Below, one piece after another: positions 22,262 through 32,810 of a stretch of 34,997 nucleotides of DNA. The notes beneath the pieces are model-generated. The model did no database searches and was not told the origin of the DNA. It was given only the letters and a program-made list of their open reading frames with translations. The number at the start of each line of letters is the position of its first letter. Position 1 is the stretch's first letter. A program made the position numbers and the translations under genes. Where the stretch lies: assembly GCF_004010195.1 (NCBI RefSeq), contig NC_057719.1, forward strand, positions 11,442,675-11,477,671, read 5' to 3'. Origin of the DNA: Chiloscyllium plagiosum (Eukaryota).

Positions 22262-23279
22262 CCTGTTCTTTTTTTTTTGTCTGGCACCCTTGGTTTTTTT
22301 TTTGTTTCTTCCCCCACACTACCGGTTAACTGCGGTAGTGTTTATTTTTTCCCCAACGCCCATGTGTTGTGTGTGTGCAGGTGTGAGACACAGTGAAAGA
22401 TACAAGGTGCACGAATCTTTATTCAAATTTCCACCACCAGCAAGAAAGGAAATACCCGAGTGGCCTGTGACAAGCAGTGCCCTTCACATCAAAGGGCAAT
22501 GCTGCGTGAGACACTTCTGTTTTTTTTCTCTGGTCCAGCTCCCTCAAGAGCCAGCTCTCAGAGTGAACAGAACCTCTGACAGTCTTTTTAAGAGCCAGCT
22601 CTCAGAGTGAGCAAGATGTCTGAGACTCCTGTTTATTTTTTTTTTCACACTACCGCCTAACTGCAGTAGTGCTTATTTTTCCCCAGCACCCATGTTGTGT
22701 GTGTGCAGGTGTGAGACACAGTGAAAGAGACAAGGTGCACAAATATTTATTCAAATTTCCACCACCAGGAAGAAAAGAAACACCCGAGTGGCCTGTGATA
22801 AGCAGTGCCCTTCACATCAAAGGGCAATGCTGCGTGAGACACTTCTGTTCTTTCTTTTTTTTAGACACAGAGTGAACGAATCTTTATTCAATTTCCACCA
22901 CCAGGAAGATAGGAAAACACCCGAGTGGCCAGTGACAAGCAGTGCCCTTCACATCAAAAGGCAATGCTCCTCCTGGTTATATTTCTTTTCTTTTTTTTTT
23001 CTTAATAATTTAACCCCCACACTACCACCTAAGTGCGGTAGTGCTTATTTTATCCCCAGCACCCATGGTGTGTGTGTGCAGGTGTGAGACACAGTGAAAG
23101 ACACAAAGTGCACCAATCTTTATTTAATTGCCACTCCTGTTTATATTTTTTTTTTTTACACAGTGAAAGACACAAAGTGCACCAATCTTTATTCAATTTC
23201 CACCACCAGGAAGATAGGAAAACACCCGGGTGGCCAGTGACAAGCAGTGCCCTTCACATCAAAGGGCAATGCTGCATGA
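22262..23279 (-). repeat. Tandem array of ~5 more copies of the same poly(A)-tailed unit
   Basis: Same unit, each copy bounded by a T-tract and a gacac(t/c)ctgtt-like motif. AATAAA and a cactaccgc..gcggtagtg hairpin are present. Confidence 0.85.
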
Positions 23280-23679
23280 GACACTTCTGTTCTTATCTGT
23301 CAGTCAGGGCTCCCTGATTGGACCAGATTTACGGCCCCAGTTAGGAAACTCATATTCCATGAAGTCCATCTAGCTGAATTTCTTGCAGTTACTGCAATTA
23401 CACTTCAGATGTCTGTATAACTCTATACAAATCCAAGTCCTTATTTTATACTTCACCTCAAATAATGTCTCCTCCTTCCGCATGGTGTTGATTTTCTGCC
23501 TGATTTAGGCTCCATGGAAGCTTATACTATGTTTGAGATTTTGGAGAAGATTTGTAGCTCAAGTTGTGGATCCGGTTGTAAATTTGGTTGCTGAGCTGGT
23601 AGATTTCGTCTCAGATGTTTTGTCACGTTACTATGTCACTGGCACTATATAAATGCAAGATACTGTTCAGAATATGGTC

Positions 23680-23965
23680 CACAATACAGTGCAGAACAGG
23701 CCCTTCAGCCTTCAACGTTGCGCCGACCTGTGAACTATTCTCAGCTCGTCCTCCTACACTATCCCATCATCATCCATATGGTTATCTAAGGATTGTATAA
23801 ATCTCCCTAATGTGGCTGGGTTGACTACATTAGCAGGTAGGGCATTCCACACCCTTACCATTCTCTGTGTAAAGAACCTGCCTCTGACATCTGTCTTAAA
23901 TCTATCACCCCTCAATTTGTAGTTTTGCCCCCTCATACAAGCTGACGTCATCATCCTAGGAAAAA
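23680..23965 (-). mobile_element. CR1-type LINE 3' end
   Basis: RGQNYKLRGDRFKTDVRGRFFTQRMVRVWNALP. Confidence 0.8.
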
Positions 23966-25129
23966 TTATATCTTTTCTCATTTGTATAAAATTATTGTAA
24001 AGATTTAATTCTTTGTTGATTTGCTTCGTTGGAATAGTGATCTCTAATCTGAATTGGAGGTTCAGCAAAAGACAAGTGGCAGCTTAAGCTGAACCTCCCG
24101 TGAGTTACCACTGATTTCTTTAGGAGCTGGTGGAGTCCACTTTGGTTTTTTCATTCCAGTGGAAAGGTTTGACTCGTGTAATGATTTAGAAGGTGGTGGA
24201 GAAGCTGGCATCTCTTCCAATAATAAAGGCTTGCTTTTTACTGGAGCTGCAGCTACAGGAGCTGTAGGAATGTTGTTGAGTTTTGAAGATTTTTTCTCCT
24301 TTTTGCTTTGTTTTTTAATTTTATCCTTTTAATTTTATGCAGTATCAGGAAAACCTGCCATATCATGGATTAAGGGGTATATCTTTATAAGTGTTAATAT
24401 ATCCTCCTAATAGTGATTTTGTTTGGAGAAAGGGGGAAATTTGTTTAAGTGTACACAACCCCTTGAACCTTTCTCTTTTATGAAGCTCCACTTGCACTGT
24501 AGCTTAAAGGGTTAGCCTTGAGTGCAGCCTGTATAAGAACTTTTAGAAATCTGCATGAATGCTGATTTAGAGGGAACATTGATTACTATTAACTCCTTCT
24601 GTGTTGACTTAGCATCTTCACTATACCAATTTTCTAGATTGAATCCCATTAGAATTCATATAAACCAAAAGTCTTTAAAGTTAATCATTGTTTGTAATTG
24701 TGTTAATTTTTAAGTGCAGTTTCCATTGTGACTATTCTCTTTCAGTCTGTAAATTATCATTTATACATACTCTCTCATAATTATACCCAGCCTGATGTTG
24801 AGCATTGTTGCAGCTTGATCTAATTTTAAACTGTGCTTCTGTAAGGCTACGATTGCTTTGCATAATGCACACTTGCATTTTACTGAGACTGTAATATTCC
24901 TTCAGTGCCTCCTGCAATTGGTGCAATGTTAAAATCCCTGGAGAGACATTCAGTATAATTGGTTTCTTTGTCAGTCTACTGTCTAGATGATCTAAGCTTT
25001 AAAAAACAAAAAAAAACTTTAGAAGATTATTTCTTTAGGAATATTTTTTCCTGTACATTGGTGGAAAACATTTCACTATCATCCTTGCTTTTAATATTTG
25101 AAATGGTTATTTCTAATCTAAGGAATTTA

Positions 25130-26132
25130 TACAGAAAACGGTTGAGGTAGTTGGTTAGCTCACCGAACTGCTGGGTTATAATGCAGACGTTCGTTACCAT
25201 GCTGGGTAACATCATCAATGCGACTTCTGTGAAGCGCTGTTGTTCTGTCCCACTTTGTTTTTATGTGGCCCAGTCTGTTGGGGTGAGTGTCACTTTCAGG
25301 TCTTCTCTGCAGCGGTTTATACACTGGGTTCATCCCTGTGTGAGTTGATAGCCTTTTTGGTAGAAACCCATGCTTTCATTTGATGTCATGGCCCTATTCA
25401 CCTCCATTGACACACCATTAGTCAAGGAAACAATTGCCATGCTACCAGAGGATCCAGTAACAATTACTTCTAGCAACACCATCAGCACAGACAACATGCT
25501 CAAGCTACTTGACTTATTCCTCACTACCCCACTTTGTCTTCAGTGGCCAGATATATCAACAAGTCAACAGCACACAAATGGGCCCTCTCATGATTAGATT
25601 CCCTATAGTGTGGAAACAGGCCCTTCAGCCCAACAAGTCCACACCAACCCACCGAAGAGTAACCCACCCAGACCCATCTCCCTCTGACTAATGAACCTAA
25701 CACTAGGGCAATTTAGCATAGCCAATTCACCTGACTTGCACAACTTTGTGTGCTGTGGGAGGAAACCAGAGCACCCGGAGGAAACCCACGCAGACATGGG
25801 AAGAATGTGCAAACTCCACACAGACCGGAGACTGGGATCGAACCTGGGACCCTAGTGCTGTGAGGCAGCAGTGCTAACCACTGAGCCACCGTTCCGACCG
25901 GACTAATGTCATGTCAGGACTAATAGCAGAAGCAGTCATGCAGAGATTTGAAAACACAGCCCTTCCCCTAATCCAACTGAGCTATGGACACAATCCGTGG
26001 ACAACACATTTGTTAACATCAAACATACAAGACTAGAGGAAACACACCATCTCATGAACAGTATACTCACCGGCATCAAGTTTACCAGGAGGAAGAGAAG
26101 ATCAACCAAGTCGCATTCCTAGATGACATGAT
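25130..26132 (+). mobile_element. Decayed Penelope-like element (inverted pLTR remnant + RT), continuing at 29527-29610
   Basis: SFDVMALFTSID and YQQVNSTQMG RT motifs. Homology to the 8099-8455 RT resumes after LTR element B. Interrupted by a SINE. Confidence 0.7.
25592..25898 (-). mobile_element. HE1-like SINE
   Basis: A-box GTGGCTCAGTGG, B-box GGTTCGATCCC and the shared core. Confidence 0.87.
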
Positions 26133-26234
26133 TGAGAACGTGTGTAAGGTATGAGCAGGTAGGGAAAGAGTTAAGTTTCAAGTTTTGTGAAACAAAAGAT
26201 TCAGCTAGCATGACTTGGAGGCAAGGATAATGGT

Positions 26235-26428
26235 TTAACAAAGTGAAGAAGCATTTATTATGAGAAGTCATTTAACAAGATGATGAAGAATTTATTATGA
26301 GAAGCCATTTAACAAGATGATGAAGCATTCATTATGTAAAGCCATTTAACAAGATGAAGAAGCATTTAATATGTAAAGTTAGTTAACAAGGTGAAAAGTA
26401 TTCATTATGTGAAACCAACTAACAAGGT
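26235..26428 (+). repeat. ~36-37-bp tandem repeat (5 units) in U3 of the 5' LTR of element B
   Basis: Unit approximately ttaacaagatgatgaagcattcattatgtaaagccat. Confidence 0.85.
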
Positions 26429-26734
26429 TTAGAACTTTCATTGTGTAACAGCAGATGGCTTATCTTTATCATTGACACTCGCTGATTGTAACGGTCACTC
26501 AATCAATATGTATGTTGCCTTATCTGGATGCTCCTCCCTGTAACTGACTATATAATTCATTAAGAAACTAGTTTTCGAAAAAAGAGAGCTCATGTCTCTG
26601 TGCACATGGGCGATCGTTCTCTCTCCCTCCTGGAATAAAGATGAAGGAGGTCCAGAATAAAGATGAAGGAGGTAAAACTATACTGTCTCGCTGAGCGTTT
26701 TGCTTTGACTGAAGTGGGAACGGGTCGACAATAT

Positions 26735-26752
26735 TGGCATAGTCGGCAGAAT
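26735..26752 (+). other. Primer-binding site complementary to the tRNA-Ser 3' end (copy B)
   Basis: 16/18 match to TGGCGTAGTCGGCAGGAT, the reverse complement of the recalled vertebrate tRNA-Ser(AGA/TGA) 3' end plus CCA. Sits just after the LTR. Confidence 0.85.
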
Positions 26753-27009
26753 CCAAATGAATAGTTACGATCGGATGGTGTCAGCGATCTCCCGGAACAT
26801 TGTTATCTCGAGATGGACAGGCTCACAAGGCAAGATTTTAACCCTTGGTCCCTCTCGATATTCCCGTGTGTTGGAAACGGTCCCCTCGTTCAATTGCTTT
26901 CTATTCTACGGACTCCTCGAATGGTACTTAGTTCAGTCGAGAGAAACAGTTTTGCAAGTGCGTAGACAAAGAGGTTCATGTCCTCTGTGCTGTATTGGCG
27001 GGGATGGGG

Positions 27010-27200
27010 TTTAATTGTGGTTCAAATCCTCTGTGCTTTTTTCGGAGGGATTAATTGAGGTTAGAGTCCACTGCGTTGTATTGAGGTTCGAGTCCTCCGT
27101 ACTGTTTCGGGGTTTGAGTTCTCTGTGTTTAAGTGGGATTTGAGTTTTCTGTGTTTAATTGCAATTCGAGTCCTCTGTGTTTAATTGGGGTTTGAGCCTC
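27010..27200 (+). repeat. Degenerate ~26-35-bp tandem repeat in the leader of element B (mirrored at ~17625-17800 in copy A)
   Basis: Recurrent ttcgagtcctctgtgtttaattgggg-like units. Confidence 0.7.
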
Positions 27201-28388
27201 CATGAGGAGTAAAGTGAGAAAGGGGTTAAAGTCTCCTAGTGGCAATAGTTGAGGCTCTGCGAATTTTGATGTTTTAAAATGTTGGTTTATTAAAATACTG
27301 GTTCAGAAAATCCTTTTAAGTAACAATTTTGCCTTATTTGAATCCAGACCTCAATTCCCTGTATTTTGAGGGCTATGTAATGGGGCAGATTTTGTTTTTA
27401 CATTAAAATTGTCTAACATTTATGTCCTTTTTAAAATTATCAAACTGGTAACCTTAAAACAAATTGATTGAGTGCCTTGAGCCCCTGATTCATTTGAAAT
27501 TCTACAATGCCTATTTAAAAAAACAGTTGGGTCAGTGGTCATGCTTTAGCCAGCTGAGAGTATTGTACTAAAATATCTTTGCTGTGTTTTTAATGCAGAG
27601 TGTTCACAAAAAGAAGAGTGCATTTTGAGTTTGATGTTTTGTTAAGATTTTAGAGAATATTAGAAGTTGAGGCTGAGCTGTTTCAGTTCTGTTAATTATT
27701 ATTAAGAATTCATTGGCCCCCTTCATATTGCAAATTCAAAGAATATTGATCTGTACCAAAAGTTGGCACTGTAATTCTGACTATTTTATTTAGGAAGTTT
27801 CATTTGGAGAACATATTTTAAAATACTCAGCATTTGTTTCCCACAAATATTTTGAGATTTAAATCTAAACTGAAACTGCCTCTTTAATTACGAAAGCACA
27901 GAAAACATTTTGTTGTTTTCTTGCTATTCGAGACTTTTGAAATAGTTTTCCTGACAGCTTTCACACTAGCCAAGTATTAATTTGTTAAAGGAAAGTAATT
28001 TTTGAATAACCTGAATGGGGTCCCCCAAGGGTTTGATTATAGGACCACTGATTGTTGTTTATAACTGACTGAATTGTCTAGGCAGTACAATTTAAAAGTT
28101 TATGGATTTTATAAAACTTGATAATGTCATAAATAGAGAACAGAGTAATAGACTTCAAGAATTCAAAACATGTTGAAATAGGCCGACACAATTTAGTGTA
28201 GTTGAATGTGTGACTGTCTTCATACTGATAATCACCTTGGCAAGGAAAGAGTGAGAGAGGAAATGCAAATATACTTTCAGCAGCTAACATCTTCTCTAGA
28301 GTTTCTCCATTCACAGGTAAAGCACACCTTCGGACCACTGTCCACCCCTCCACAACCTGATCCAATGATTTCAATCAGCTTCCCAGTC

Positions 28389-28655
28389 ATGAGCACGAAA
28401 AGTGAAGAAGCTAGCAACAGTGAAGAGGAGGTCGGTACACTTTTTGTCAGTGACATTAAACCACATGAGCTTTACCTTGTCTTTCGATCATTTAAGGGAT
28501 ATGATGGTTCACTGATCAAGCTAACATCACAGCAGCCAGTTTGCTTTGTTACATTTAACAGCAGAGCGGGAGCAGAAGCAGCAAAGAATGCTGCATTCAC
28601 TGGGCCAGCTGCTGCACTGCTCACTTCGGAAGGATGGAAGTCTCGTCAGCTTTAA
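28389..28655 (+). pseudogene. RBPMS2: Processed, internally deleted RBPMS2-like (RBPMS-family RRM) retrocopy in LTR element B; 88-codon open frame
   Basis: [71 protein letters not shown]...EGWKSRQL. Recalled RBPMS2-type sequence: [61 protein letters not shown]...AAFTYP...QGWKSRQFC. No introns. RBPMS2 versus RBPMS is less certain than the family call. Confidence 0.88.
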
Positions 28656-29616
28656 GTATTTAACTGACCTTACCCAAGTATTCAGATTTCCCCATGGAGT
28701 GGTGTGCAAGGACAGACTGGATTTTGTGTTCAGGTTTGACTTTATTGAAGGAGATTTTGGATAACTGGCTCGCTTCCACTCGACTTGGAGGGGATGGAGT
28801 GGTCACTAAGGACTGTGGATTTAAGAACTTTACTGGTGATTTTTTTTCCACAAGAGAGGATTGTTTAAATTCTATTTACTGTAACAGACTAATAATTTTT
28901 GTTGTTATAATCATTGTATGCTATGTGTCAATAACTTGCTTAAATAATGGCTGAGAGAGTCTTATGAAAGATGGTAGTGCCATCTAGGTGGTTATCATGA
29001 AATGAAAGAAGGAGGGAATGAGAAAGTGTATAAGGTATGAGCAGGTAGGGAAAGAGTTAAGTTTTGGGTTGTGTAACAAAGGCTCAGCTAGCTTGACTTG
29101 GACCAGATAAGAACTTACAGTAAACAATGACGTGCTGGAGACAAGGGTAGTAGGTTAATGAGATGAAAAAACATTCATTATATAAAGCCAGTTAACAAGG
29201 TGAAAAGCATTTATTATGTGAAGCCAGTTAACAAGGTTAAGAACGTTCATTGTATAATGCCAGATGGCTTAATCTGTATTGTTGATGCTCGCTGTTTGTA
29301 ATGGTCACCCAATCGATATAGATGTTGCCTTATTTGGATGCTGCTCCCTGTAAGTGACTAGATAATTACTGAAGAATCTGCTGTTCAAGAGAAGCCAGAG
29401 AACTCTGTGCACATGGGCAATCGTTCTCTCCCCCTCCAGAGCCCAGAGTAAAGATGAAGGAGGTAAAGCCATACTGTGTCTCAGCGTCTTGCTTCGACTG
29501 ATATGGGACAGGGAAACAGGACAACAATATAACCAACAGGGGATTTACAACCAAAGTGTACAGGATACCCACCACACTGACCAGATCCTCAACTACAATA
29601 GCAACCACCCTACTTT

Positions 29617-29921
29617 TTAGATTAGATTACTTACAGTGTGGAAACAGGTCCTTCAGCCCAACAAGTCCACACCGACCCTCCGAAGAGACCCACCCAGACC
29701 CATTCCCCTACACCTAACACTAGGGGCAATTTAGCATGGCCAATTCACCTAACTTGCACATTTTTGGACTGTGGGAGGAAACCGGAGTACCCGGAGGAAA
29801 CCCACGCAGACACGGGGAGAATGTGCAAACTGCACACAGACAGTTGCCTGAGGTGGGAATTGAACCCGGGTCTCTGGCGCTGTGAGGCAGTAGTGCTAAC
29901 CACTGTGCTACCGTGTCGCCC
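29617..29921 (-). mobile_element. HE1-like SINE
   Basis: A-box GTAGCACAGTGG, B-box GGTTCAATTCC, shared core and tail. Confidence 0.87.
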
Positions 29922-31629
29922 ATGATTCTACTCATGAATCTGTTCATGATCTGACACTGTTTTAAATATCACATGAATAATGCTTATACTATTCCATTGA
30001 AGTCGGATGGCTAGGTTTCTCCCTGTTTGTGTACACAATTACTGTATAGAAGTACTATATATTGATGTAGGATGAAAGCACAGAATGAAACATTCACAAA
30101 AGTCATGTGCACCCTGAACTCTTGATTTGGGTTAGTTTAACTTTACCACTGGTGTGAAATATAATCAGAGTTCCATCATTCTTGTTCAGACTACTTTGTT
30201 CAGACCGAGGTGTCTCAAATGGACTCAGTTGGTCTCAGATGGACTATTTCTGTTCCTCAATCATTTCATTGCTTAATTCTGTTCTATCAAATCAGGATAA
30301 TATATGAAAATCCTTTTCTATTTCACCAAAGCTTATTAATTTTTAATAATTTGGCATTTTTATTTAAACTTTACTCTTGCAATCCATTAAATCTCACTAG
30401 TGTTCAGTCTCAGTTATTTGCCAAATAAGTGAATAGATCAATACTGATGTAGAATTTGACATTTCCTGTATTTAATTTTATGCCCACATACTCATTCTTT
30501 TACCACTAGTTTGGCTTTTGAGATTGAATTGCCTACTGCAGAGTTTGACCAATATTTGCAAGAAAATTGAGTTCGTAAAAACAGAGGAATTGTGTGTTAC
30601 GCCCTTGATGTGCAAAGCCTCAAATGATCATTCATCTCTTGATTTAAAAACTTTAAAAGTAGCAGGTAAGTGATAGTGTGAATGCAACACTAGTACTCTT
30701 CCATCAACCAGACTCTACAGCAATATAGAGTTTTTTTTAATCCAGGGGCATTGGAGGCAATTATTTCAACTTTTATTGTATTTTAGAATAAGGGAGAAAG
30801 ATGATCCCCAGTTCCTGCTGCAGCGGTGTTGGATGTTACTAAATACTGGCTCTTGTTTTGTGATGCCATGCTCTTCTTGAAGCTGCCAAATTGGATCTGA
30901 CAGCAGAAAGGCCACAGTATAAGATCTGTTACTGATCTCCTTCAACATTGCACTATATGATGGCTCAGGTAGCCTGTACTTATTGATTGTGAAATCACCT
31001 CAGGGTGCAGAGTGAAACCTTCCACCATTTATCAACACTTAAATTTTTACACCATGAGTTAGATTCTGTTCTCTTGCTGCCAACATGTAGAATTTCTGAA
31101 AATAGCATGAGAAAAGAATCAATATGAGCAGGAAATATATTTGACCTTTATTTCTGTATGAGATGATAAATGACAAAGAAGCTATGGGAGAGTTTTTCAC
31201 TTTTTCTTTCCCTAATGCCTAATTCAAAAAATACACTAATTCATGAAATTCAAAGCTGCTATCCTCCAGTTCTATCCTCCAGTCAGCATTAGACCTCTCT
31301 TTTCTGCTTTGTTACTTCCAGCTGGCTGTAGTGTATAATGCATTCTTTAAATTTTGATTCATGGCAAGAGCTCACTGTTAGAAGTCCCAATCATGCTCCT
31401 GTGTGAAATTCAGTGTTAAAATTATCCAGCTGAATGTTTGTAGCTGGCTATTCCAGCTATATAGTCCATACACAAAAATCCACAAAAAATATAAATGAGC
31501 ACTTCAATAACTGAGGACCTTTCATTCTGAATCTGATCAACAAAAAAAAGACTTGCAGTTGACTGACCAGCTGTTTTACAGTAACACAAAATGTATTTTG
31601 AATGTTTTTGAAAAGCAATTACATACAAT

Positions 31630-32005
31630 TTACAAATGAATTCAATAAAGATAAATGTGAGGTGTTACATTTTGGAAATAAAAATAATTTGCGTCTTTCT
31701 TATACAATAAGAATCTAAATGGAGTAAATGAGTGAAGATATTTAGGAGTACTAAAAGTTGTAGCATAGATTAAGAAGGTCTTCAAAAAAAGTAAATTAAG
31801 CACTTGGCTTTAATTTCTAGAGGAATAGAATAGAAAAGTAAGTCGTGCCAAATTTGTATCAAACCCTGGTTAGACCATACCTAGAGTATTGAGGATAATT
31901 CCAGCCACTAAATTATAAGAAAATTTAGAGTTATTGGAGAAAGTGCATAAAGATTTAAAAGAACGATTCCACAAGTGGTTGGATATACTCATCAGGACAG
32001 AATAA
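31630..32005 (+). mobile_element. Highly decayed CR1 RT C-terminal fragment
   Basis: aaatgtgaggtgttacattttgg (KCEVLHFG) and accctggttagaccatacctagagtattg (LVRPYLEY). Confidence 0.7.
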
Positions 32006-32364
32006 ACATGAGAGAGAAGGGAATAGTAGATTATTTTGATGGTTTCATATGGAAATTAAGAGGAAACTCAAGAGGAGCATAAATGTTGGTGCAAGTGATT
32101 TTTCTGTGGCACATTCTATGAAATGTTGTAATAAGATACCCATATATCGTTTTGTCAGTGTATCTTAACCTATTCTGGGATGAAAACGTGAGATATATTT
32201 AAACTTTTAGAGTCTGGATTTCAAAAAGTAGTCATGGGTGTTGGTTACTTTTGTGAAGCCATTTCTTTTTTTTAAAAAAGTCAAAGATTCCTTCCATAGC
32301 AGGGTTGATTTTAGTTCAAGAAAACCCAGAATTTTCTTAAGGAAATTTGGAGGAGATGAAGATG

Positions 32365-32810
32365 TTGAATCCCTACAGTGCAGAAAGAGACCATTCAGCC
32401 CATTGAGCCTGCATCGACCCTCCAAACAGCATCCCACCAAGGCCGAGCACCTGACCCTATCCCTATAACCCTGTATTTATCATGGCTAAACCACTTAACA
32501 TGCACATTCCTGGACACTATTGGCAAGTTAGCATGGCTGGCACTGTGGCTCAGTGGTTAGCACTGCGCCAGGGACCCAGATTCAATTCCATCCTTGGACA
32601 ACTGTCTGTGTGGAGTTTGCATGTCCTCCCCGTGTCTGTGTGAGTTTCCTCTGGGTGTTCCGGTAACCTCCCACAGTCCAAGGTGTGCAGATTAGGTGGA
32701 TTAGCCATGCTAAAAATATTGCGCACAGTGTCCAAAGATGTGCGGGCTAGGTGGGTTAACCATGGGAAATGCACGGTTACAGAGATAGGATAATCTGTGT
32801 CTGATTGTGA
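32365..32810. mobile_element. Two HE1-like SINE pieces: minus 3' half (~32365-32535) and plus copy (~32537-32810)
   Basis: gtggctcagtggttagcactgc and tgtggagtttgcatgtcctccccg on plus. Tail sequence on minus. Confidence 0.75.

Larger units (their letters stand above)
20503..23396 (-). mobile_element. Short solo LTR expanded to 2.9 kb by nested insertions
   Basis: Termini TG..CA with a perfect 5-bp TSD ATTAC (20498-20502, 23397-23401). Outer pieces ~20503-20612 and ~23280-23396 join through a shared GACACTTC motif. Minus strand has CCAATC followed by a TATA-like segment. Confidence 0.72.
26133..29526 (+). mobile_element. Non-autonomous LTR retroelement, copy B (carries RBPMS2-like cargo)
   Basis: 5' LTR 26133-~26730 (TGAGAAC...GTCGACA), PBS TGGCATAGTCGGCAGAAT 26735-26752, PPT GAAAGAAGGAGGGAA 29004-29018, 3' LTR 29019-~29526. 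Colinear with the reverse complement of copy A. Interrupts a Penelope RT remnant. TSD is not clean, so LTR ends are uncertain by about 3 nt. Confidence 0.88.

Noticed and set aside
22262..23279. CRISPR-like or satellite array
   Set aside because: Eukaryotic context, 150-240-bp units with poly(T) ends, no unique spacers and no cas genes.
28206..28655. A genuine nested RBPMS/RBPMS2 gene (149-aa ORF)
   Set aside because: Intronless, missing part of the RRM, bounded by LTR/PBS/PPT, and its sister copy is disrupted. The part upstream of ATG 28389 has no recognisable homology.
15802..29526. One giant TIR transposon or a local inverted segmental duplication
   Set aside because: Each arm has its own LTR/PBS/PPT structure and a different host repeat, and similarity ends at the LTR termini.
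29860..29921. tRNA genes at A/B-box motifs (also ~9840-9900, ~25830-25898, ~32537-32595)
   Set aside because: They are SINE heads continuing into the shared SINE body and tail.
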